Position numbers and translations under genes: made by a program. Under the pieces are notes generated by a model. It made no database searches, was not told the DNA's origin, and saw only the letters and a list, made by a program, of their open reading frames with translations. Positions 21,701-28,137 of a stretch of 32,000 bases of DNA are shown here, piece after piece (the stretch's first letter is position 1; each line of letters begins with the position of its first letter). This DNA is from Pandoraea communis (lineage in GTDB: Bacteria; Pseudomonadota; Gammaproteobacteria; Burkholderiales; Burkholderiaceae): contig NZ_CABPSJ010000003.1 in the NCBI RefSeq assembly GCF_902459745.1, positions 778,957-810,956 on the forward strand. Direction: 5' to 3'.

Positions 21701-23192
21701 GCTGAAATGAATATCCCGGTGTATCGCCGGCGCGCATTAGCATGTGGTTGCCGACAAGCACATTGAGTACAGCGTCGGGCTGCGGCTTGATCGTGATCTG
21801 TCCGTCCTCGGCCAGCATGTTCTCCGTCTCAGAGATCGATCGCCGTGCGTGTCTGTCGGCGATGGTGCTCGCCGTTCGGGTGGCGAAGACGGCGAGACCG
21901 TCGAGGTACTCCTGCTGAAATCCTCGCGCGACGGCGTAAAGGGCTTCCGCGTGGCTAGCCTCCTCCTCATGCGCGGCCACGAAGTGCCGTAGCACTTCCT
22001 CCTTGGTCGTCGGGAATGGCGCGTTATCCGGAAGCGAGAGCAGGGCGGTCAGATAGAGCGGGATTGTCACGAGCTCACGCACGCCGGCCGTGCGCCATGC
22101 CTGGTCGACGAACTTCGCGCCCCCGTCGCCGCGCATCGAAACGGCGATCTGCATTTGCTGCGCTTCGCTGAGGGGCAGAAGATCGACGCGCGTCCCGCCG
22201 AAAGGAACGTCGAGCGCTTGCCGGCGGGTCGAGACGATCAGGCCGAGTTCGGGCAATTGCGCCTTGAGGGCCGTGATCTGCACCCGCGCGCGATTCCGCG
22301 CTTGCGCGTCCAGTTCGTTCCATCCATCGAGAAGCAGCACAACGCCGGGCTGCGCGGCGGCCTTTCGATAGTCGTCTTCCGAGATCCCACGGAACGCTGG
22401 GCGCTTGAGAATCGAGTCCAGAATCGTCGCGTCTTCTGTGGCCCAATCGCCGAGCGGAACGACGAGCGGCGTCCCTTTGCCGTTCGCCAGAACGCCTTCG
22501 GCGATCTGGAAGAGCGTAGTGGTCTTTCCCATGCCGGGCGGTGCGACAAGAATCAGATCGTCCAGCGACGTGGCCGCACCTGCAAGCGCGCTTGTCGTCA
22601 CAGGCTCGTCGAAGTCGGCAACCTTCAACGTGAGCGGGACCGACGTGGACGGCCATTTCGCGGTTTGCCTGAAAACTCGCAGATCGGCTTCTGCGGCGGC
22701 GCGTACGCGCTCAGCCAATTGCGGGTCGGCGACATCTGCGTGCCCGGGCAATGCTTCGTGCCGCAGCACACGCCGCCACGACTCGTTTTCCGCTTGCCTC
22801 TTCCATTGGTGCAGCAGCGCCACGGTGAATTGCGGATCGGGGGAGTCGATCGCCTTGCCGTGATCGCGGCACATCCAGATGCCGTTCTTTGCGGAGGAGC
22901 GCTCCTCTCGCGACATCGTCGCGTCGTAACGCGGGCCGCCAGGAGCGGCCGCGCAGATGTGGGCCGCCGTCCCGATGTTGATCTCGCCTTCGCCGTCAGA
23001 CGTTGCTCCAACCGTGTCCGCGCGACATGTCGGAAACGAGCAACGCCAGCCCGCGCGTTTCGCGATCTGCAGCACCGTATCCTTATTGAAGTCGTCTCGA
23101 TTTCTCTTTGCCACCTGACGGACACTCGATTTCGGCTTACGGTTCGGAGCGAACGAGCCGAGTACATAGTCTGGCCGCCTCCCGCTGCGCAA
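18759..23192 (-). CDS. HNH nuclease + NACHT/STAND NTPase + helical-repeat (HEAT/TPR-like) protein; candidate antiviral STAND (Avs/bNACHT-like)
   Basis: 1477-aa ORF. The N-terminal HNH pattern is C51-x4-C56 ... AAH78IC ... N103GIWMC108RDH111. Walker A is APPGMGK223TT and Walker B is VVLLLD289GWNE293LD (NACHT-style). About 1100 aa of alpha-helical repeats follow. The start is a TTG at 23192 (alternative GTG at codon 27), so the 5' end is uncertain. Confidence 0.8.
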   Translation of the reverse strand: MRSGRRPDYVLGSFAPNRKPKSSVRQVAKRNRDDFNKDTVLQIAKRAGWRCSFPTCRADTVGATSDGEGEINIGTAAHICAAAPGGPRYDATMSREERSSAKNGIWMCRDHGKAIDSPDPQFTVALLHQWKRQAENESWRRVLRHEALPGHADVADPQLAERVRAAAEADLRVFRQTAKWPSTSVPLTLKVADFDEPVTTSALAGAATSLDDLILVAPPGMGKTTTLFQIAEGVLANGKGTPLVVPLGDWATEDATILDSILKRPAFRGISEDDYRKAAAQPGVVLLLDGWNELDAQARNRARVQITALKAQLPELGLIVSTRRQALDVPFGGTRVDLLPLSEAQQMQIAVSMRGDGGAKFVDQAWRTAGVRELVTIPLYLTALLSLPDNAPFPTTKEEVLRHFVAAHEEEASHAEALYAVARGFQQEYLDGLAVFATRTASTIADRHARRSISETENMLAEDGQITIKPQPDAVLNVLVGNHMLMRAGDTPGYSFQHQQFQEWYASHSVERRIIAEVDDPSGRETLKAEVFNLPAWEEPILFAVERLARGDADQRAACGKAIVAAFEVDPILAAEMIFRSTEEVWSQIAKTIKGLVARWHAPGTVDRAVRFMLTSGRSEFLDAVWPLITNQDDQISLKALRNCRRFRPSILGNDAENKIKALSPHLRTVLLSEMASRSGMDGLDLASAIAKNDPDPEVQASVVDALSFRRADRHVAEVLHNASDKTFDLVVRRDLIDEVDDEPVRKGVAATRERQAANGTSAHDRLRGIVDAQGREDRSAELRDIVSTMEIDQPQDAGVQLIYEARNRYLGAIADGLLVRVRAGHPLFYGADDLLASAGFALEDDALVDLALSDPGRHDARAEAAASVLGPIAVGRMVDALLDTGARVRADGKFDQAASELYVGLQNRIAHVPGTSLVAAVLARSAQADNEQMTRLAELLSRHPDGETERGRPFDAAALASIRGLVEDWGNRMLASDDAERWQKASIGTLASHAPSVDLLPILKRLLDDNLRRFRAYREQAEAAGWRQGDALNEARQPMTHEYQRAFSAIKTPETAAMMQEYLADQHFGELAAQVLADQWRAANEPPKDKRVMFGVDFSGVEEKRGARAVDPQATSAEAEAIFAAVEPLTADGATNEQKALAVALGIAAVRLPHGQRDSTIQKLIALAPRRARPTLLLNLVLSGEEIDIKVVSDGISETLEAAKTEPWILTQSDGYELKLWLRLLPFVSHPTGALAVVRGMPPTQREPRFLEEMVGVLANAPSDEAEQVLFKLAEEDPRFYLNERWRAAVLRLGTPSSARRIIDLTAAGAFERVGNDWHLARELGSQIEAHPDLRSHLYGLLNAGPTTPGLALLTRAVAEAPDNDGLLLLVKFEQELNRPFASWQTIERLVTEHEPVSDWAGAYNVVPVPADSLRQKLLALTTDGGPTDAAARRLRQIDEIRDEHGMPEGEPRHPDLPSGKPWPIMQPDPDATADG

Positions 23193-23221
23193 ACTTCGCG
23201 CACGCCGGTGCCCGCGACCCC

Positions 23222-23487
23222 GGGATGTTGTTGGGAATTCTCGAATCCCAACACAAACCCAACGCTCTAAATACCTGATTTATAAGAAATGTTGGGGATG
23301 TTGGGATGTTGGGATTTTTAACAACAACAAAATTATAAAGTGAAGGAAGCCACCCCGAACTCACACAAGGGTCCGGAGCGGGGATCTCCTTTCATATATC
23401 TATCTCAATCCCAACAATCCCAACAACCCAACAACCTAAGCCAGACAAGGGTATGCGGGTGTTGGGAATGTTGGGATGTTGGGAATT
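23222..23487. repeat. Iteron-like field of 8-bp (A)TGTTGGG(A) repeats in five clusters of alternating orientation
   Basis: Cluster A 23222-23238 (+). Cluster B 23244-23263 (-); A and B together form an imperfect palindrome, gttgggaattc/gaatcccaac. Cluster C 23289-23316 (+, 3 tandem units). Cluster D 23407-23436 (-, 3 or more units). Cluster E 23457-23487 (+, 3 units). Clusters C and D flank a 90-bp spacer with AT-rich ends. Confidence 0.85.
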
Positions 23488-23642
23488 GTCGCGGGAAGCC
23501 CGATCTGGCCCGGTAGGCAAACGAAAGGGCACCCCGTATCCGAGGCGCCCTCCGTTAGAACAGTCAGGCGAGTAGCAAGGCCACCGAAACCACGCCAGGC
23601 TGGATTGCATGCCTGGCAGTATCCAGTCCGATTCACCGACTC

Positions 23643-24353
23643 TCAAAATGCGCTACGAGGGATCGTCGCGGGGTCTAAGAAACGGCCCTTGTCGATCCAC
23701 CTGCAGTCGCCACTGACCCTGCCGGTTCTACGGCCCTGCTCGCGAAGGCACGTGATGATGACGCTGTTCGGCTTGTATCGGCCCGAATTGTCGAAATTCC
23801 AGCACGCTTCCATATCGGTCGGTGCCGACTGGAGCAGTAAGGAGGCGCGAGCGATTGCCCGATATCCATCGTCGGGCTTCCCCGGCACGCAAAGTTCATT
23901 GGTGAGGGTGATCGGGAAGATGTGTGCGTTACCCGGGAAGATCCCGATGACCTTGATGGGAGTTGTCTGCGGAAGAGAGTCTGATGACCGGGAAATTGGC
24001 TTGCGCGAGAACGCGAGACATTCGTCCCGCCGCAAGAAGAACCGAAAGACGCTCTCGGCGCCGTCTTCGTGTCGACCCGTGATTGTAACTAGGCGCCCAT
24101 CCTGGCTTATGGTTTCCGTTTGCTCGACACGTTCACGGTTTCCCCAGAGGTTAGCTGGCACCCCGGAATTGATCGGCGCGCATCTCTCCATGCTTGGCCC
24201 AACAACGTAGACGGTATTACTAAAAAATGCGTCCTTGGGATTGAGGTGAGGACGGTCATTGCCTTCGCCGCTCGCATGCACGCTGCTAGCTATCAAAAAA
24301 CCAATAAAGGTCAGGTAGATGCGGCTCTTTCGATGGTCTGCTTTTTCGTACAT
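23643..24353 (-). CDS. Hypothetical secreted protein (signal peptide)
   Basis: 236-aa ORF. The N-terminus has basic residues, a hydrophobic core (IYLTFIGFLIASSV) and HA-SG, typical of a Sec signal peptide. No family recognised. Confidence 0.55.
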   Translation of the reverse strand: MYEKADHRKSRIYLTFIGFLIASSVHASGEGNDRPHLNPKDAFFSNTVYVVGPSMERCAPINSGVPANLWGNRERVEQTETISQDGRLVTITGRHEDGAESVFRFFLRRDECLAFSRKPISRSSDSLPQTTPIKVIGIFPGNAHIFPITLTNELCVPGKPDDGYRAIARASLLLQSAPTDMEACWNFDNSGRYKPNSVIITCLREQGRRTGRVSGDCRWIDKGRFLDPATIPRSAF

Positions 24354-24369
24354 AGCTACGCCCAGAAAG

Positions 24370-24417
24370 CTAAGGAAGTCTTAGTGTACAAAAAATCGAT
24401 CACTAAGAACATCTTAG
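24370..24417. promoter_or_regulatory. Two palindromic operator-like sites CTAAG-N5-CTTAG in the divergent promoter region
   Basis: ctaaggaagtcttag (24370-24384) and ctaagaacatcttag (24403-24417), with centres 33 bp apart. They lie between the divergent start codons of the 236-aa ORF (24353) and the XRE gene (24439). Confidence 0.45.
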
Positions 24418-24438
24418 CCTTTGATGGAAGGGCTGAGC

Positions 24439-24741
24439 ATGGACACGCTGGCGAAACGGCTGAGAGAGGCTCGCACGGAGGCCGGGTTGTCCCAAGAGCG
24501 ACTTGGGGTTCTGGCCGGGATTGACGAGATGTCCGCGAGCGCTCGAATGAACCAGTACGAGCGAGGGAAGCACGTTCCAGATTTTGGCACTGTGGTTCGC
24601 ATTTCAGCAGCATTGAAGCTGCCTCCGGCGTATTTTTATGCCGTGACGGATGCGGAAGCGAATCTGCTGCGGAAGTTTCATCGGATGACTAAGGCACAAC
24701 AGGGCAAAGTCACTGCTCTGGTTGACAGCCTTGCCCCCTAA
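24439..24741 (+). CDS. XRE-family helix-turn-helix transcriptional regulator
   Basis: MDTLAKRLREARTEAGLSQERLGVLAGI......NQYERGKHVP is the classic Cro/CI-type HTH. The ATG at 24439 is preceded by GGAAGGG; an alternative ATG is at 24424. Confidence 0.8.
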   Translation: MDTLAKRLREARTEAGLSQERLGVLAGIDEMSASARMNQYERGKHVPDFGTVVRISAALKLPPAYFYAVTDAEANLLRKFHRMTKAQQGKVTALVDSLAP

Positions 24742-24838
24742 GCAAGGTGAAGGCATCAACGTCCGGCACTGCAGTAATTGCGGGGTTGTTGTCGTGAATC
24801 GAAACTATAGGCATCCCTGTTTTGCTGTTTTGGAGCCT

Positions 24839-25438
24839 ATGCCACGTCCATCCGATCCACGCCGCGACCAAGCAGTCGAAACTATGCGCCGTCTATGCGC
24901 CGAGCACGGCCTCAAGGAAGGCTGCCGGCTGGCTCGCGAGCAATTTTCGGACATTCCGGATGGCACGTGGGGGCGCTGGCGCGTCCAGGCGCTCGGCCGG
25001 GCTCCAGAGCGGGAGGAGCTCGAACGTGATGCGCGCGCCAACATGGCGGCTGAGGTCCGCGAGAACATCCCGGCCGTGGCGGAGCTCGTTCCTGCCGCTG
25101 AGGCCCTGCCGGCTCAGCGTCGAGCGCTGGACTTTTGGCGGATGCTTGACGAGCTCGACGAGGATGCTCGGCTGCTGCGCGAGTTTGCGACCACGACGGG
25201 GCTCGACGGCAAGCGGAAGGTCAAGGTGCCGTTTGCACTGCGCGATGCTCACCGCATGCGATGCGACTTGATCCGCTTGGCCCTGCAGCACGCTGAGGTG
25301 GCTTGGAGCACGGAACGTGCTGCGCGCTTCCACGATGCCATCCTCCAGGAAGTCTCAGCCGAGTCCCCGGAGCTTGCCGGCCGGATCATTGCGAGGCTCA
25401 AGCGCGTGGCAAGCGAGGCGGAGCAACGTGGGTTCTGA
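24839..25438 (+). CDS. Hypothetical protein (helical, E/R/A-rich)
   Basis: The ATG at 24839 is preceded by TGGAG and lies inside the longer 24722 ORF. It is co-directional with the XRE gene. No family recognised. Confidence 0.5.
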   Translation: MPRPSDPRRDQAVETMRRLCAEHGLKEGCRLAREQFSDIPDGTWGRWRVQALGRAPEREELERDARANMAAEVRENIPAVAELVPAAEALPAQRRALDFWRMLDELDEDARLLREFATTTGLDGKRKVKVPFALRDAHRMRCDLIRLALQHAEVAWSTERAARFHDAILQEVSAESPELAGRIIARLKRVASEAEQRGF

Positions 25439-25451
25439 TGCGAGAGCGAGC

Positions 25452-25709
25452 ATGGATGATTTGGGTCGGTATTTCTGGGCGCTGACGGATCACGTCTGTC
25501 GCGAGTGCTTCGTTCGCGTCGTGGCCCGTCCGGGCGACGATGACGATCAGGTTTTTCGCTGCAGCAACTGCGGCTCGGAAGCTCAAGGTAGCGACGAACG
25601 CGTGATTTGCGCCTGTGGCCTGCCTGGCGTTGAATGCCGGCCGAACGACAATCCGACGCCGGCGGATCCCGGCGAGATCATCGCGGTCGCGCCGGGACGC
25701 GCCCCCTAG
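25452..25709 (+). CDS. Small hypothetical protein with a CxxC...CxxC zinc-ribbon-like motif
   Basis: 85 aa starting at MDDLGRY, containing VCRECF and RCSNCG pairs. It begins 13 nt after the previous ORF's stop. Confidence 0.45.
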   Translation: MDDLGRYFWALTDHVCRECFVRVVARPGDDDDQVFRCSNCGSEAQGSDERVICACGLPGVECRPNDNPTPADPGEIIAVAPGRAP

Positions 25710-26098
25710 CTGTGTTCGTTGCGCAGTTCTCGTGCAATCTGCTTGAGCGCGCCACTGGTACCTGTTTTCGTGCGCCCACAAGCCGTTTTTGCATAGGCGG
25801 CCCGGACTTGTCTTCCAGGTAGGGAAGAAGGCCGTTCACTATAGACGGTAATCGATGACCGGGCTTCGAGACGACAAGGCCACTGCTGACCGTTGGGAAG
25901 GAACGGGTTTATGCATCCTCTTTCCTTCGTGCCTCGATAGAAAACGCCGACTTCTTCAAGCGTTACGGAGAAATCGCTCAGATTCTGGATTTCGATGCAG
26001 AACTGAAGATGCGAAGGAGCTCCCCCGACCGGGGTAGCATGTTTCGGGGTAACCCGTAACTTCAAGCGCGACCGATCGAGCGCAAACCATGTGTTCAT
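25706..26098 (-). CDS. Hypothetical protein
   Basis: 130-aa ORF convergent with the zinc-ribbon ORF; the two stop codons share CTAG at 25706-25709. The open frame continues upstream through a TM-like segment (GITLAIAVLGAVLGV) but has no canonical start codon there. Confidence 0.4.
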   Translation of the reverse strand: MNTWFALDRSRLKLRVTPKHATPVGGAPSHLQFCIEIQNLSDFSVTLEEVGVFYRGTKERGCINPFLPNGQQWPCRLEARSSITVYSERPSSLPGRQVRAAYAKTACGRTKTGTSGALKQIARELRNEHS

Positions 26099-26679
26099 GA
26101 CCCCGAGAACGGCACCTAGGACTGCAATTGCAAGCGTAATGCCCTGTACGAGATTGGTATTAATGACGGCCCCCGTTTTGTTTTATGTCCGGTGGAATCT
26201 AACTCCGTGACGTTCTACCACAAATTGCCTTGGTGCTTATCCGGCACGTGATCAGTCTTTAGATGGTATCCCCATCAAGGGCCGGACGACTCCGCCGTGC
26301 CTTATCTCCGGTAATCGCGCGTGCTTTCCTCTGCCTATCAATGTTGTAAGTTAACCGCTTGATTCATCCCCGCGTATGTCGCAGATCTGTGTGGGTACGG
26401 TGGACTTCGGATCACTTCGGGAAAGCGGAGCCGGAGAGAAAAATGGGCACGAGAGAGTGGAAATGGGGCAATTTGGGTGACACCCCGGAACCTCGAAGTC
26501 CGCAGGAGCTCGTGTGTACCCACCTTAGCTCTCCAAGGACGATGTTTGCGTCGAGGATCAGACTAATCTGAAACAAGGACACCAATGCCGATAGATTTTT
26601 ATTCCGTTGACGAACTCCCGCAGCCAGACAAGCTCGTCTGACCTAATGGCATCCCCGAGTGACTTTTGACTTCTCCATC

Positions 26680-28137
26680 TTACTGGCACACGGGGCCGCG
26701 TGAGAGCGCACTCGGCTTCCGCAAATTTCCCTGGATGATCAGTACGCAGACCTGAACACCATTTTCCAGGGATTGAAGACCCACCAACTGCGCGGGGTCA
26801 CGCGGCGGGCCATTCTTTGGGCTGCAATCCAGCACGCAGAGCACTGCAGTCTTTTTACCCTTCGCCACCGCATAGGATGCTGTTTGATTAGTAAAGCGCC
26901 TGCCATCCTCTAGAGCGAAAAGTGTCGATTTCTCAACCTTCAACTCAATAGGGATTCCACGGAACGATAGATCGGTGGTTCCGCCCGCTGCGTTGGCATG
27001 TTCGTCCAGTTCGATCCCAATGGATGGGCTGCGTCGCAATGCAGCACGAACATCCTGTTGGAACTCAGCTTCAGATCGTGTACCCGGAAACAGCGCGTCT
27101 TGAACCGAACTGCCAGCAAGATTGAACAGCGCGGCCAGGATTGTTAGCAGGTCAAGCAACTCCGGCTGCGCAATACCCGGCACTCTACGTAATGCTTGAC
27201 GAAACTCGATGAGGCGCCTGTCCAATGCAGGATAGCCGCACCAGGTACGCGACGGATCTGTGCCATCAACTAGCAGCGTCCGATGTCCCACAATCGCAAC
27301 CGGTTGCTCCGACTTGGGTGGTAGAAACTCGGCCGCATATTTGAATTCGAACGGCCTCGCTTGGAGACCTTGCGACACCTTCAAAATGGCGCGACCTCGC
27401 TGATGTAAGACGTACGGTGGATCACCAACCGGACGGGAAAAACGAAAGCTTGGAAACTCGTATGTTGAAGCTGGCTCCACAGAAACTGGTGTAAGTTGTA
27501 ATTCACTATGGTCCTTTGGCCATCTCGTGACGCGGACTTCCAATTCCAGATCGTGGACCTCTCCAGGCGTAAGCTGGTGGGTGTGCTGGGCGTCGATCAA
27601 GTCGATCTGAAACTTCAGAAATGCCACCGTGAGCGGAAGCGGTTCAGCCCCAGTCTTCTCGTCGAAGTGCTGGCCGTGCATCTTGCTAGTAAAGGGGATG
27701 TCTTGGGCAAACATGCCTAGCGGCAGCGGTACAGCACCGACAGCATTGAGAAGCTTTACGGCGTCGTCCAGGCTAGATACTTCAGGCAATGCTTTACTGG
27801 TTTGGACCAGACTGGCAGCCGCCGCCTGACTCTCATATTCCTTCAGCCAAAGTTGGTAGCGTGCCTTCGCGCTTCGTAAAAAGCGGTCAGCGTCTGGGAG
27901 CGCCGTCAAAATGGCATCGTGCCATTGTGCTAGAGTCGCCGAAATTCGCACCAGTCCTGCAAATGCAGCGTATGCGACCGCGGCGACTGGATTAGCAAAT
28001 GACGCCGAAATCGAGTCCAGCTCGCCGGCCAATGCACTCAGATCGTCCGTGTGTGTCGTCCCTGGGAACCCCAGCAACGCTTCCACAGCGTTCAGGCGCG
28101 GCGAACGCGCGTCGGGGCGAACTAGATTTTGTCTCAT
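26680..28137 (-). CDS. Hypothetical protein with C-terminal RecB/Cas4-type PD-(D/E)xK nuclease motifs
   Basis: 485 aa. The motif series is E356/E358 (SEAEFQQD), D389 (GGTTDLSF), E398-x-K400 (IPIELKV) and Q418-x3-Y422 (QTASY), spanning about 26728-27075. The N-terminal helical and central beta-rich regions are unassigned. The start overlaps the upstream gene's stop (ATGA at 28134-28137). Confidence 0.7.
   Translation of the reverse strand: MRQNLVRPDARSPRLNAVEALLGFPGTTHTDDLSALAGELDSISASFANPVAAVAYAAFAGLVRISATLAQWHDAILTALPDADRFLRSAKARYQLWLKEYESQAAAASLVQTSKALPEVSSLDDAVKLLNAVGAVPLPLGMFAQDIPFTSKMHGQHFDEKTGAEPLPLTVAFLKFQIDLIDAQHTHQLTPGEVHDLELEVRVTRWPKDHSELQLTPVSVEPASTYEFPSFRFSRPVGDPPYVLHQRGRAILKVSQGLQARPFEFKYAAEFLPPKSEQPVAIVGHRTLLVDGTDPSRTWCGYPALDRRLIEFRQALRRVPGIAQPELLDLLTILAALFNLAGSSVQDALFPGTRSEAEFQQDVRAALRRSPSIGIELDEHANAAGGTTDLSFRGIPIELKVEKSTLFALEDGRRFTNQTASYAVAKGKKTAVLCVLDCSPKNGPPRDPAQLVGLQSLENGVQVCVLIIQGNLRKPSALSRGPVCQ

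Noticed and set aside
22155-23270. 371-aa + strand ORF, plus other long antisense ORFs inside island genes (13852-14763, 16133-16972, 17609-18562, 22075-22656)
   Set aside because: All are antisense or off-frame to ORFs that carry clear domain motifs (Int, Toprim/P-loop, HNH/NACHT). Their translations are Arg/Ala/Pro-rich with no motifs.
23222-23487. Possibility that the GTTGGG repeat field is a CRISPR array or telomere-like satellite
   Set aside because: The units are only 8 bp, lie directly in tandem with no unique spacers, and switch orientation between clusters. No cas genes are nearby. This fits protein-binding iterons, not CRISPR.
23476-24210. 244-aa + strand ORF antisense to the secreted-protein ORF, plus small ORFs at 23392-23646
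   Set aside because: The translation is Arg/Ser/Pro-rich with no start context, and these ORFs run through the repeat field. The minus-strand ORF with a signal peptide is the more plausible coding frame.
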